A stretch of 57,150 bases of DNA from Rhodoluna sp. (GTDB lineage: Bacteria > Actinomycetota > Actinomycetes > Actinomycetales > Microbacteriaceae), in the NCBI GenBank assembly GCA_049314335.1, contig JBMOFL010000001.1, forward strand, positions 1 through 57,150, in the 5' to 3' direction. Both the position numbers and the translations under genes were made by a program. The notes beneath the pieces were generated by a model. The model did not search any database. It saw only the letters and a list, made by a program, of their open reading frames with translations, and had not been told where the DNA came from. Position 1 is the stretch's first letter; every line of letters begins with the position of its first letter. Below, one piece after another: positions 18,431-29,648 of the stretch.

Positions 18431-20028
18431 TGGCAATCAGCGTTCAAGTCTTTGGTGCAGCCAAAGATGCCGTGATGAACAACATTGAGCAGCTTGTAAG
18501 CGACAGAGTAGCCAGTCGAGTTGCTGCCAAAGACTTCACCCTATGGGGAAAGGATGCTGAGTCTGAGTCAGCCATCAGGCTTGGATGGGTTAGTTCAGCA
18601 AGCGATTCTCAAGTACTTGTCACAGAAATCCTTGCGCTCAGGGATGAGTTCAAGGCCAAGGGCATTAACCGCTTCGTTTTATGCGGCATGGGTGGCTCTT
18701 CTCTTGCCCCTGAGGTCATCACCAACAAGTACGGTGTTGAGTTGGTCGTTCTAGATTCCACTTCCCCTGATCAAGTTCGCTCTGTTGTGGCTAAAGACAT
18801 TGAAAGAACCGCAATAATTGTTTCCTCTAAGTCTGGTTCAACAGTTGAAACTGATTCTCAGAAGCGCATCTTTGAGGAAGCCTTCACAAACGCTGGAATT
18901 GAGAAAACCGAGCGCATCGTTATTGTTACAGACCCAGGTTCGCCGATGGAGCAAGCAGCTAAGGCTGACGGCTACAAGATCTTTAACGCCGATGCAACAG
19001 TTGGTGGAAGATACTCTGCTCTAACAGCGTTTGGCTTGGTACCTTCTGGTTTTGCTGGAGTTGACATCCAGAACCTTCTTGATGAGGCTAATCAGGCATC
19101 AACTGTACTTTCATCGGACTCGGCAGATAACCCTGCTCTAATCCTTGGTGCGGCTTTGGCAAGATCTGTAAATGGTCAAGGATTCAAAGACAAGATAGGC
19201 CTCCTAGCAGATCAGAGTTCACTACCTGGTTTTGGTGACTGGATTGAACAGCTCGTTGCTGAGTCGACGGGTAAGCATTCCAAAGGAGTACTGCCGGTTG
19301 TTCTTCAAGCAAGCAGTTACGAGAGCTTTGCAGATCTAAATGATATGTTGATGGTAGATATTTCTGCTACTAGAAACGTTGAGCTGGCCGATGGAGTGAG
19401 TGTTCTTGCTCCCCTTGGTGCACAGTTCTTGCTCTGGGAATATGCCACTGTTGTAGCTAGCAGACTTCTTGGAATCAATCCTTTTGACCAGCCAGATGTT
19501 GAATCTGCCAAGATTGCTGCACGCGGCATGCTGGAACAAAGAACAGCTGTTGCACCTAGCGAACACACCTTCGATTCAATCGAAGTGAGCGCTTTGGGTC
19601 TTGACCTTTCAGGAGTCACAGGTGTGGCAACTGCATTGGTGAAACTACTTTCAGAGCTTTCTTCCGACGGATATGTTTCTGTCCACGCATACATGGACAG
19701 AACTTCTCCGGTTAGTGCTGAGGCACTGCGTGACGCTTTAGCATCCGTCTCAGACCGACCAACCACATTCGGCTGGGCACCAAGATTTCTTCATTCAACA
19801 GGTCAGTATCACAAGGGCGGACCGCGTCAAGGTGTTTTCCTTCAGCTGGTAGCAAAGAGTTCCGATGATGTCCAAGTGCCAGGTAGAGAATTCACCTTCG
19901 GTGAACTAATCGCTTCTCAGGCAGCTGGAGATGCGAAGGTTCTGGCAGATTTGGGAAGACCAGTTCTAACTTTGACACTCAATGATCCGGTTGCGGATTT
20001 CAGTAGCGTTTTGGCAGCAATCGGCTAA
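18430..20028 (+). CDS. pgi: Glucose-6-phosphate isomerase
   Basis: GMGGSSL, SSKSGSTVET, VGGRYS, EQLVAESTGK, NPFDQPDVE, HSTGQYHKGG. Confidence 0.92.
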   Translation: MAISVQVFGAAKDAVMNNIEQLVSDRVASRVAAKDFTLWGKDAESESAIRLGWVSSASDSQVLVTEILALRDEFKAKGINRFVLCGMGGSSLAPEVITNKYGVELVVLDSTSPDQVRSVVAKDIERTAIIVSSKSGSTVETDSQKRIFEEAFTNAGIEKTERIVIVTDPGSPMEQAAKADGYKIFNADATVGGRYSALTAFGLVPSGFAGVDIQNLLDEANQASTVLSSDSADNPALILGAALARSVNGQGFKDKIGLLADQSSLPGFGDWIEQLVAESTGKHSKGVLPVVLQASSYESFADLNDMLMVDISATRNVELADGVSVLAPLGAQFLLWEYATVVASRLLGINPFDQPDVESAKIAARGMLEQRTAVAPSEHTFDSIEVSALGLDLSGVTGVATALVKLLSELSSDGYVSVHAYMDRTSPVSAEALRDALASVSDRPTTFGWAPRFLHSTGQYHKGGPRQGVFLQLVAKSSDDVQVPGREFTFGELIASQAAGDAKVLADLGRPVLTLTLNDPVADFSSVLAAIG

Positions 20029-20040
20029 GGAGAATTACCA

Positions 20041-21582
20041 ATGGTTGAAGTGAAGTTAGGTCAGGGATCTAATCCGCTCAGGGACCCCCTCGATCGCAGA
20101 CTGAATCGTATTGCTGGGCCTTCTGGTCTAATAATCTTCGGGGTTACCGGTGACCTAAGTCGCAAGAAACTTATGCCTGCGGTTTACGATCTTGCTAACC
20201 GTGGGTTGCTACCACCAGGTTTTTCACTAGTCGGTTTTGCTAGAAGAGACTGGGAGGACCAAGATTTTGGTCAGGTTGTGAAAGATGCTGTCAAGCAGTA
20301 TTCAAGAACTCCCTGGAGCGAAGAGGTCTGGACCCAACTTTCTAAAGGAATACGTTTCGTATCAGGCGAGTTCGGCGATGACGCAGCCTTCGACAAGTTG
20401 AGAGAAACCATCGAAGCACTTGATGCCGAACGAGGCACCAACGGTAACCACGCCTTCTATCTCAGCATCCCACCCAAAGCTTTCCCACTAGTCACCCAAC
20501 AACTTTCACGTTCAGGCCTTGCAGATCCAAAGCCTGACCAGTTTAGAAGAGTTGTTATTGAAAAACCTTTCGGTCATGATCTGCAATCTGCGCGAGAGCT
20601 AAATGAGGTTGTTGAGTCAGTTTTCCCTGCGGATTCCATTTTTAGAATTGACCACTACCTAGGTAAAGAGACAGTGCAGAACATTCTGGCTCTTCGTTTC
20701 GCAAACCAGTTGTACGAACCGCTCTGGAATAACAACTACATCGATCACGTTCAAATCACTATGGCAGAAGACATCGGTGTTGGTGGCAGAGCAGGTTATT
20801 ACGACGGAATCGGTGCTGCTAGAGATGTAATCCAGAACCACCTCCTTCAGTTACTTGCTCTAACAGCGATGGAAGAGCCTGTATCTTTTGATGCCACTGA
20901 CCTAAGAGCGGAAAAAGAAAAAGTTCTATCTGCGGTCAGGCTTCCTGCAGATTTAGGCAAGCACACCTCTCGTGGTCAATACGTTGGCGGTTGGCAGGGT
21001 GGTGAAAAAGTTACTGGTTTCCTAGATGAAGAAGGAATGAATCCGGAATCTGTTACTGAAACCTTTGCAGCCATGAGGTTGGATATCAACACTCGACGAT
21101 GGGCTGGTGTTCCTTTCTACCTGCGAGCTGGCAAGAGACTTGGGCGAAGAGTTACTGAGATCGCGATCGTCTTCAAGCGTGCCCCGCAACAGATCTTTGG
21201 AGCAAGTCAGACCTCAGCGCTTGGTCAAAACGCATTGGTGATTCGAGTTCAACCTGACGAAGGTGTGACCATTAGATTTGGCTCTAAAGTGCCGGGTGTA
21301 GGAATGCAGGTAAGAGACGTGACTATGGACTTCGGTTATGGTCACGCCTTCACCGAAGCAAGTCCAGAGGCATACGAGAGACTCATTCTTGATGTTTTGC
21401 TCGGCGATCCACCGCTATTCCCAAGGCATGAAGAGGTTGAACTCTCTTGGAAGATTCTTGACCCAATCGAAGAATATTGGGCTAGCAACGGCAAGCCAGA
21501 ACCATATCGGCCAGGCACCTGGGGTCCTGCATCAGCAGATGAAATGATGGCCATTGACGGCCGGGTATGGAGACGTCCATGA
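20041..21582 (+). CDS. zwf: Glucose-6-phosphate 1-dehydrogenase
   Basis: FGVTGDL, EKPFG, RIDHYLGKE, DVIQNHLLQ. Confidence 0.97.
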   Translation: MVEVKLGQGSNPLRDPLDRRLNRIAGPSGLIIFGVTGDLSRKKLMPAVYDLANRGLLPPGFSLVGFARRDWEDQDFGQVVKDAVKQYSRTPWSEEVWTQLSKGIRFVSGEFGDDAAFDKLRETIEALDAERGTNGNHAFYLSIPPKAFPLVTQQLSRSGLADPKPDQFRRVVIEKPFGHDLQSARELNEVVESVFPADSIFRIDHYLGKETVQNILALRFANQLYEPLWNNNYIDHVQITMAEDIGVGGRAGYYDGIGAARDVIQNHLLQLLALTAMEEPVSFDATDLRAEKEKVLSAVRLPADLGKHTSRGQYVGGWQGGEKVTGFLDEEGMNPESVTETFAAMRLDINTRRWAGVPFYLRAGKRLGRRVTEIAIVFKRAPQQIFGASQTSALGQNALVIRVQPDEGVTIRFGSKVPGVGMQVRDVTMDFGYGHAFTEASPEAYERLILDVLLGDPPLFPRHEEVELSWKILDPIEEYWASNGKPEPYRPGTWGPASADEMMAIDGRVWRRP

Positions 21583-22532
21583 TCAAGAATCTACCTAACA
21601 CTACAACTTCACAGATTTCTCGTGAGCTTGTCACAATACGTGAAGAAGGTGGCGCTGTCGCTCTCGGCAGAGTTCTCACTCTCCTAGTTCAGACTAAGTT
21701 CTCAGGCATTGAAGAAGCCATTCTTGCTGCCAACGAGGCATCAAGAGCGCATCCTTGTCGCATCGTCGTTCTTGCCGATGAAGACTCGACAAGCGACTTA
21801 GAACCAAGATTAGATGCTGAGATTCGCGTAGGTGGCGACGCTGGTGCTTCAGAAGTAATTGTGTTGCGAGCTTATGGTGAGGCAGCAAGCGATCCTGAGA
21901 GCCTTGTAACTGGGCTTTTACTTCCAGATGCACCTGTTGTGGCTTGGTGGCCAGGTTTAGCCCCAGCCAAGCCTTCCTCATCTGCCATCGGCCGAATAGC
22001 TCAACGACGAATTACTGACGCTGCTAACCAGCCTGACCCTAGGGCTTGGCTTGATTCACTTGCAGACAACTACGAACCAGGTGACAGCGACTTTGCTTGG
22101 ACCAGACTGACGCTTTGGCGAGCTCAACTGGCAGCACTATTAGATCAGCCACCGTTCGACCCAGTAACTAAGGTAATTGTGACCGGAGCTTCAGATTCAC
22201 CAAGTACAGATTTGCTAGCTGCTTGGTTGGGTCAAAAACTTGGAGTCGAAGTTGAACGAATTATGACCGTGCGAGGTCAGGCTGTAACTGGTATCAAGGG
22301 AGTCAAGCTTGAGAGAGCTTCTGGCGAAATTGAGATAGTAAGAAACCTTCCTGATGTTGCCACGCTCATTCAACCTTCGCAACCTACTCGAGACATAAAT
22401 CTTCCGAGACGTTCACTTCGTGATTGTTTGATTGAGGATTTGCGTCGTTTAGACAGTGACGATGCTTTCGGTGGATTGATCATTAGGGGTTTCGGATCAA
22501 GTAAAGCTAAATCTAACTCCGATAAGAACTAA
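21579..22532 (+). CDS. opcA: G6PDH assembly protein OpcA
   Basis: HPCRI, LLLPDAPVVAWWP, RRITD, DFAWTRLTLWR. ATGA overlap with zwf at 21579. Confidence 0.92.
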   Translation: MIKNLPNTTTSQISRELVTIREEGGAVALGRVLTLLVQTKFSGIEEAILAANEASRAHPCRIVVLADEDSTSDLEPRLDAEIRVGGDAGASEVIVLRAYGEAASDPESLVTGLLLPDAPVVAWWPGLAPAKPSSSAIGRIAQRRITDAANQPDPRAWLDSLADNYEPGDSDFAWTRLTLWRAQLAALLDQPPFDPVTKVIVTGASDSPSTDLLAAWLGQKLGVEVERIMTVRGQAVTGIKGVKLERASGEIEIVRNLPDVATLIQPSQPTRDINLPRRSLRDCLIEDLRRLDSDDAFGGLIIRGFGSSKAKSNSDKN

Positions 22533-22544
22533 GGTATTTGGCTA

Positions 22545-23276
22545 ATGAAGTCTGTTGAAGTTCGCAAAGCAATCAATGCAGCTGATGTGGCTGAACAGGC
22601 TGCACATGAAGTGGTAGAGACACTTTCGGCTCTACTAAAGATCAAGGCAACAGTCAACATCGCTCTAACCGGAGGAACTGTGGGGATTCTCACTCTAGAC
22701 GTTCTTTCAAAAATGGTTGAGAAGAGTCAGATTGATTTCTCCAGAGTTCATTTTTGGTGGGGTGACGAGAGATACGTGTCTAGCGATTCAAAACACCGAA
22801 ATGCGAATCAAGCTAGAGATGCTTTGTTGAATTCACTGGCTCTACCAGAAGAAAACATTCATGAGTTCCCTTCCACTGACAGCGAACTTACTGTGGACGA
22901 TGCTAGAGAACAGTTCGAGAAAACTCTCGATGCAGCGTTTGGTGAGGGCAACCCTGTCATGGACCTAACACTGTTGGGCATGGGTCCTGACGGGCACGTG
23001 GCTTCATTATTCCCTGGGGTTAGCTACCAACAAAACCATGTAGTTGCCATCAGCAACTCCCCTAAGCCCCCTGCTGAGCGACTTTCTCTAAGTATGGAAG
23101 TAATTAACAATTCGGAGAAAATCATTTTTGTTGTCTCTGGCCTGGACAAGTCAGAAGCAGTCGAGGCTGTGCATAAAGATCCTGATTGTGAATTACCAGC
23201 GGCTAAAGTTTCCGCAACAGGTTTAACTCTTTGGATTATCGATGAAGCTGCAGGTGCTTCTTTTTGGAGCTGCTAG
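22545..23276 (+). CDS. pgl: 6-phosphogluconolactonase
   Basis: ALTGG, WGDERYV, LGMGPDGHVASLFP, SPKPPAERLS. Confidence 0.94.
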   Translation: MKSVEVRKAINAADVAEQAAHEVVETLSALLKIKATVNIALTGGTVGILTLDVLSKMVEKSQIDFSRVHFWWGDERYVSSDSKHRNANQARDALLNSLALPEENIHEFPSTDSELTVDDAREQFEKTLDAAFGEGNPVMDLTLLGMGPDGHVASLFPGVSYQQNHVVAISNSPKPPAERLSLSMEVINNSEKIIFVVSGLDKSEAVEAVHKDPDCELPAAKVSATGLTLWIIDEAAGASFWSC

Positions 23277-23684
23277 CTAGGCTTTGCTTCCCTTAGCAGC
23301 TTTCTTTGCTTCAGCTTTAGCCTCTGCTAACAGGCGTACACGACGCTCTTTAACAATTGCAACTGCCTCGTCTAAAAGATCCTTAGCCTCTTGAGCAGTT
23401 CGTCTTTCCTTAACGTATGCAAGGTGCGTCTTATAAGGTTCGTGCTTGGCAATCTGTGGTGGGTTGTCTTTGTCCTGACCTGCAGGTAGACCACAGTGCG
23501 GGCAATCCAGTTCCACTGGCAACTCTGCAGGATCGACGCTTGCTGCGAATGATGTGGTGAAACTGTGGTTGTTGCAGCAGTAGTAACTAAGCTTTACGCG
23601 TTCGGCTTGGAAGCCATTGTCTTGCTCGCCCATTGGGCCTGCTCCGACACGTGAACCTCTAATTGCTGCTGTATTACCGCTCAT
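23277..23684 (-). CDS. rbpA: RNA polymerase-binding protein RbpA
   Basis: IRGSRVG, C..H and CPHC putative Zn ligands, KTHLAYVKERR sigma-interaction segment. Lies downstream of secG. Confidence 0.9.
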   Translation of the reverse strand: MSGNTAAIRGSRVGAGPMGEQDNGFQAERVKLSYYCCNNHSFTTSFAASVDPAELPVELDCPHCGLPAGQDKDNPPQIAKHEPYKTHLAYVKERRTAQEAKDLLDEAVAIVKERRVRLLAEAKAEAKKAAKGSKA

Positions 23685-23687
23685 AGG

Positions 23688-23936
23688 TTATGCCCAAGAA
23701 TACGTTGAAGCCAGTCCAAGAATGATTACTGTGGTTACCCAGACAAGACCCAAGATGATGGTGATCCTGTTTAGGTTGCGCTCTGCAACTCCTGAGGAAC
23801 CCATTGTGGTGTTGATTCCACCGCCGAACATGTCGCTAAGTCCACCGCCACGACCTTTGTGAAGCAGGATAAGTAGGGTAAGCAAAAGGCTGGTAACGCC
23901 AAGAAGGATTCTTAGGGCGATGATGATTCCGGTCAT
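23688..23936 (-). CDS. secG: Preprotein translocase subunit SecG
   Basis: LLHKGRGGGLSDMFGGG, AERNLNRIT, two TMs. Confidence 0.95.
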   Translation of the reverse strand: MTGIIIALRILLGVTSLLLTLLILLHKGRGGGLSDMFGGGINTTMGSSGVAERNLNRITIILGLVWVTTVIILGLASTYSWA

Positions 23937-23981
23937 TATTAGATCTTTCTTCTATCAGAGACTTCTCGTCTCCCTTGTAAA

Positions 23982-24770
23982 TTATAGGCTCAGGTGCTTG
24001 AGGAAGCGAGATATACCTGAGAACTCGTCCACGTCCAAGCTAGCTCCACCCACTAAAACCCCGTCAACTTCAGGACTTCTGAGGAAACCAGCAACATTTG
24101 CTGCTTTTACAGATCCTCCATACAAAATCCTTGTACTTTGGGCGATTTCAGGACCTAGCAGGCCATCTAAAGCCTCTCTTATGGTGCCAGCAACAGTGGC
24201 TGCCTGCTCTGGGGTAGCCACCTGACCTGTTCCAATGGCCCAAACAGGCTCATAAGCCACTATGAACTCGCCTACCTTGGCATGCCCAGCTAGAGCTGCA
24301 AGTACCTGCCTAACTGGCACTGCACTCTGGCCTTCGGCTTCCAACTCTTCTAGAGTCTCTCCCACGCAAATTACTGGAATGAGACCGTGTTTGAACGCTG
24401 CAGCCACTTTAGCCTGCACCAAAGCGTCGTCTTCATGGTGGTAATTTCTGCGCTCGCTGTGACCAATAATGACGTACTGAACACCGAGCTTGTTTAGAAA
24501 TGCTCCGGAAATGTCGCCGGTGTAAGCACCAGAGTCATGTTGGCTCAAGTCCTGAGCACCTAAGGAAAGTGAGTACTTTTCAGCACTGATGAGTGTTTGA
24601 ACCGTACGAAGGTCAGTAAATGGCGGGAAGACCGCTACTTCGGTTTTTGTGTAGTCATGGTTAGCGTCAGTTAGAGTCCAGGAAAGTTTCTGGACGAAGG
24701 CAATTGCCTGCTGGTGATCTAAGTTCATCTTCCAGTTACCTGCGATGAAAGGAACTCTTTCTACAGTCAT
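23982..24770 (-). CDS. tpiA: Triosephosphate isomerase
   Basis: AGNWKMN, GHSERR, AYEPVWAIGTG, YGGSV, LVGGASL. Confidence 0.97.
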   Translation of the reverse strand: MTVERVPFIAGNWKMNLDHQQAIAFVQKLSWTLTDANHDYTKTEVAVFPPFTDLRTVQTLISAEKYSLSLGAQDLSQHDSGAYTGDISGAFLNKLGVQYVIIGHSERRNYHHEDDALVQAKVAAAFKHGLIPVICVGETLEELEAEGQSAVPVRQVLAALAGHAKVGEFIVAYEPVWAIGTGQVATPEQAATVAGTIREALDGLLGPEIAQSTRILYGGSVKAANVAGFLRSPEVDGVLVGGASLDVDEFSGISRFLKHLSL

Positions 24771-25969
24771 TTCAAAACCTCTAATCCTGGCATTTGCTTG
24801 CCTTCCAAGAATTCTAAACTAGCCCCACCACCAGTTGAGATATGTGAGAAAGCAGAGTCCTCAAAGCCGAGAATTCTTACAGCAGCAGCAGAGTCCCCTC
24901 CACCAACAACCGACAATCCATCGACCTCACTTAGTGCCTGAGCTACCTGCTTGGTTCCGTTAGCAAATGCTTCCATCTCAAAAACACCCATAGGGCCATT
25001 CCAGAAAACAGTTTTAGCATTACGAATTACTGCAGCAAAAGCCAGAGCGCTTTCAGGACCGATGTCCAAGCCAAGGCCTGAGGCTCCAAATGGAGTGTTT
25101 TCAATCGCATCAGTAGTTGTGATGACAACCTCAGCGTCAGCTCCGAACTTACTTGCCACAACAATGTCTGTCGGTAAAACTACCTCGACACCTAGTTCAA
25201 GAGCTCTAGCTAAATATCCCTTGACTGTTTCAATCTGGTCTACTTCCAGGAGGCTTGATCCGACCTTGTGACCAAGAGCTGCTAGGAAAGTGAATACCAT
25301 GCCTCCACCTACCAGCAACTGGTTAACGTGAGGAAGCAGATGGTCAATTACACCAAGCTTGTCAGAAACCTTCGAGCCACCCAGTACAACAACATATGGG
25401 CGGTCAGGTGTATGGGTGAGCTTAGTAAGGACTTCCAATTCTTTCTGAATCAACAAACCAGCCGCACTAGGAAGCAATCCAGGAAGTTCATAAACGGAGG
25501 CTTGCTTACGGTGTACAACACCAAAGCCATCGCTCACGAAGAAATCAGCAAAGCTGGCTAGTTCTTGAGCAAAGGCTAGACGCTCTGCTTCGTCTTTTGC
25601 TGTTTCACCAGGGTTGAACCTTAGGTTCTCCAGAACTAGCAATTCACCATCTTGAAGCGAATCAACAGCTGTTGTCGCGGCAGTGCCTGTGGTTGACGAA
25701 CTGAAGGTAACTGGACTGCTAAGCAATTCGGCTAAACGGCTAGCTACAGGCGCGAGCGAGTACTTCTCCAAAACAGCTCCATCAGGGCGGCCTAGGTGAC
25801 TTATCACGATAACTCTTGCGCCAGCTTCAAGAAGAAGGCTGAGAGTAGGAAGAGAAGCCAAGATGCGACCGTCGTCTGTGATTCTTGCACCATCTAATGG
25901 AACGTTAAGGTCGCAGCGAACGATGACTCGCTTGGACTTTAGATTTGGAAGATCAGCTAAAGTGCGCAT
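24767..25969 (-). CDS. pgk: Phosphoglycerate kinase
   Basis: DLNVP, SHLGRP, LENLRF, WNGPMG, GGGDS, STGGGASLE. Confidence 0.97.
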   Translation of the reverse strand: MRTLADLPNLKSKRVIVRCDLNVPLDGARITDDGRILASLPTLSLLLEAGARVIVISHLGRPDGAVLEKYSLAPVASRLAELLSSPVTFSSSTTGTAATTAVDSLQDGELLVLENLRFNPGETAKDEAERLAFAQELASFADFFVSDGFGVVHRKQASVYELPGLLPSAAGLLIQKELEVLTKLTHTPDRPYVVVLGGSKVSDKLGVIDHLLPHVNQLLVGGGMVFTFLAALGHKVGSSLLEVDQIETVKGYLARALELGVEVVLPTDIVVASKFGADAEVVITTTDAIENTPFGASGLGLDIGPESALAFAAVIRNAKTVFWNGPMGVFEMEAFANGTKQVAQALSEVDGLSVVGGGDSAAAVRILGFEDSAFSHISTGGGASLEFLEGKQMPGLEVLK

Positions 25970-25975
25970 TAAGAA

Positions 25976-27001
<1,026 letters not shown>

Positions 27002-27075
27002 CTAGGCATCAAGACTGATGCAATTTGGGGGTGATTTGGCTTCTAACCACGCAACGTCGGGTGGAATACCTACTT

Positions 27076-27699
27076 TTAGGGTAGCAGAAGAGTCGAAGTG
27101 TTCTTGCTAGCTTCAAGGAAGCGCTCCTGGACGTCGGCCCAGTTGACGATGTTCCAGAATGCCTTCACATACTCTGGCTTGACGTTCTGGTAGTCCAAGT
27201 AGAACGCGTGCTCCCACATATCCAGCATCAATAGTGGAATCGAGCCAACAGACAGGTTGCCCTGGTGGTCATACAACTGCTCAATGATTAGCTTTTGACC
27301 GAGAATGTCCCAAACCAAAATGGACCAACCAGAACCTTGGATACCTAATGCGCTAGCACTGAAATGTGCCTTGAAAGCATCAAAGCTCCCGAAGTACTCA
27401 TCAATGGCTGCTGCCAATTCACCGGTCGGCTTGTCGCCGCCTTCTGGAGACATGTTCTTCCAGAAAACAGTGTGGTTGACGTGACCAGCCAAGTTGAAGG
27501 CAAGGTCCTTTTGGAACTTATTCACCATAGTGAGGTCGTTCTTGTCTCTGGCCTCAGCTAGAGCGTCTAAAGCCGAGTTGGCACCATTGACATATGCAAG
27601 GTGGTGCTTGTCGTGGTGGAGTTCCATGATCTTGCCGGAAATGTTTGGCTCAAGTGCTCCATAGTCGTAACTTAGGTCTGGCAATACGTATTTGCTCAT
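27076..27699 (-). CDS. sodA: Fe/Mn superoxide dismutase
   Basis: [27 protein letters not shown]. Confidence 0.96.
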   Translation of the reverse strand: MSKYVLPDLSYDYGALEPNISGKIMELHHDKHHLAYVNGANSALDALAEARDKNDLTMVNKFQKDLAFNLAGHVNHTVFWKNMSPEGGDKPTGELAAAIDEYFGSFDAFKAHFSASALGIQGSGWSILVWDILGQKLIIEQLYDHQGNLSVGSIPLLMLDMWEHAFYLDYQNVKPEYVKAFWNIVNWADVQERFLEASKNTSTLLLP

Positions 27700-27714
27700 G
27701 GTGTATCTCCCTTA

Positions 27715-28689
27715 TTAATCTTCGTTTTCGCTTGAATCAAGTTCAGTGTTAGGAATTCCCTGCTCTGCTGCTACTTTATCCGCTAAAGCAAGCAAACGAC
27801 GTATACGACCAGCGATGGCGTCTTTGGTTAGTGGCGGAGTGGCTAATCGTCCTAAATCATCAAGGCTCGCGTCACGATTGTTCAAACGGAGTTCACCAGC
27901 AACTTTGAGATGCTCTGGGATGTCATCGCCAAGAATCTCCATGGCTCGCTTGACTCTTTGGCCAGCGGCTACAGCTGCTTGAGCAGATCTCATCAGATTA
28001 GCGTTATCAAAGTTCGCCAGTCTATTCTGCTTTCCTCGGACTTCTCTTCTGACTCTTAGTTCCTCGTACTTGAGAACCACACCATGTGCTCCAACGTGTT
28101 TCAGAATCTCGACTATCGCATCGCCTTCTCTGACCACAACGCGGTAAACACCTCGAGCCTCGCGGACCTTTGCGAATACGTCAAGCCTTCTAGCAATACC
28201 AACTAGAGCCATCGCTGCTTCATTGCCTGGCGCTGTGATTTCAAGAGTTGCTGATCGACCTGGGTCGGTCAGTGAACCGTGAGCAAGGATCGCTCCTCTC
28301 CAGACAGCTTCAGCGTCGGCTTTGCTACCTGAAACCAGTGCAGCTGGTAAACCACGAACAGGACGGTTTTTGGTGTCAATAAGACCAGTTTGACGCGCAA
28401 GAGTCTCTGCGTTTTCAGTTACTTTGATTCTGTAGTGAGTTGTCTTTCGTATTCCCCCAGCAGCGATTACAGCTAGTTCACTATCTGCTCCATAAACCTC
28501 TGCGAGGTCCTTACGTACTCTACGTGCTAGTTGAGCTGTATCTACTTCTACTTCAACGACGATTCTTCCTGCTACTAGGTGTAGGCCGCCACAAAAGCGC
28601 AGGATGGTCGCTAACTCTGCTGCACGAACTGTGCTCTTAGAAACTTCGATGCGTGCAAGTTCGTCCTTCAACTCAGCCGTTAAAGCCAT
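27715..28689 (-). CDS. whiA: DNA-binding protein WhiA
   Basis: [46 protein letters not shown]. Confidence 0.95.
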   Translation of the reverse strand: MALTAELKDELARIEVSKSTVRAAELATILRFCGGLHLVAGRIVVEVEVDTAQLARRVRKDLAEVYGADSELAVIAAGGIRKTTHYRIKVTENAETLARQTGLIDTKNRPVRGLPAALVSGSKADAEAVWRGAILAHGSLTDPGRSATLEITAPGNEAAMALVGIARRLDVFAKVREARGVYRVVVREGDAIVEILKHVGAHGVVLKYEELRVRREVRGKQNRLANFDNANLMRSAQAAVAAGQRVKRAMEILGDDIPEHLKVAGELRLNNRDASLDDLGRLATPPLTKDAIAGRIRRLLALADKVAAEQGIPNTELDSSENED

Positions 28690-28691
28690 AG

Positions 28692-29567
28692 CTACTCTTT
28701 TCCTAGGTCTCTGTGCTTGATACTTACTTCAATTCCTGGAAGGTTTTCAAGACGTTTAGCAATCTCGATTGCAGTTGCAACTGATCTGTGCTTTCCACCG
28801 GTGCAACCGATTGCAAATGAAACTCGCTTGCGGTTTTCCCTGATGTAACCATTGAGCACAGGTTTGATAGCTGCTACAAAACTTGTGATGAATTCCTCAG
28901 CACCTTCCTGAGCGAGAACATAATCTGCAACCTGATGATCTGTTCCGTTGAACGGTCTGAGTGCTTCATTCCAATAAGGGTTCGGAATAAATCGCATGTC
29001 AGCAATCATGTCGGCATCGGTTGGTGATCCATACTTGAACCCAAAGCTTTGAATAATAAGTTTCAGTTTGTTTGATTGCTCATTAGAAAAGCTCTCGGCA
29101 ATCTTGGAACCCAGTTGATAGATATTCAGATCGCTACTGTCGATAACCAAGTCGGCTTGTTCCCGCAGCGGTAGTAGTCGAGCCCGCTCAATAGCTATAC
29201 CGTCAGAAATAGTGCCGTCACCTTGCAACGGGTGTGGACGTCTTACTTGTTCGAATCTCTTGATAAGCGCAGCGTCACTAGCTTCAAGGAAGAGCACCTG
29301 AACGTCGATGTTCTCAGATTGTAATGAGCCTAAATGCTCGTTCAGATCTTGGAAAAGCTCTCCACCTCGCGCATCAATGACCACAGCGAGCCTGGGAAGA
29401 GTTTTCTCAGTTATCGAAAACAGTTCCGCCATCGGCTTCAGCATTTGCGGTGGCAGATTGTCCACCACATACCAGTCCATGTCTTCTAGTGCGTTGGCTA
29501 CAGTTGATCGTCCTGCCCCAGACATGCCAGTTACAACTAGTAACTCGTATGACTTTGAAGTATTCAA
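28692..29567 (-). CDS. rapZ: RNase adapter / P-loop NTPase RapZ (YvcJ)
   Basis: [39 protein letters not shown] start with a GAAAGG SD. Confidence 0.95.
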   Translation of the reverse strand: MNTSKSYELLVVTGMSGAGRSTVANALEDMDWYVVDNLPPQMLKPMAELFSITEKTLPRLAVVIDARGGELFQDLNEHLGSLQSENIDVQVLFLEASDAALIKRFEQVRRPHPLQGDGTISDGIAIERARLLPLREQADLVIDSSDLNIYQLGSKIAESFSNEQSNKLKLIIQSFGFKYGSPTDADMIADMRFIPNPYWNEALRPFNGTDHQVADYVLAQEGAEEFITSFVAAIKPVLNGYIRENRKRVSFAIGCTGGKHRSVATAIEIAKRLENLPGIEVSIKHRDLGKE

Positions 29568-29648
29568 CTCGGACCTTTCAACTGCCTAGTGCTAACTCTA
29601 GCCACTTTGCGACACGCCCGAGTTCCAAATGCCAAATTGCCTAAGTCT

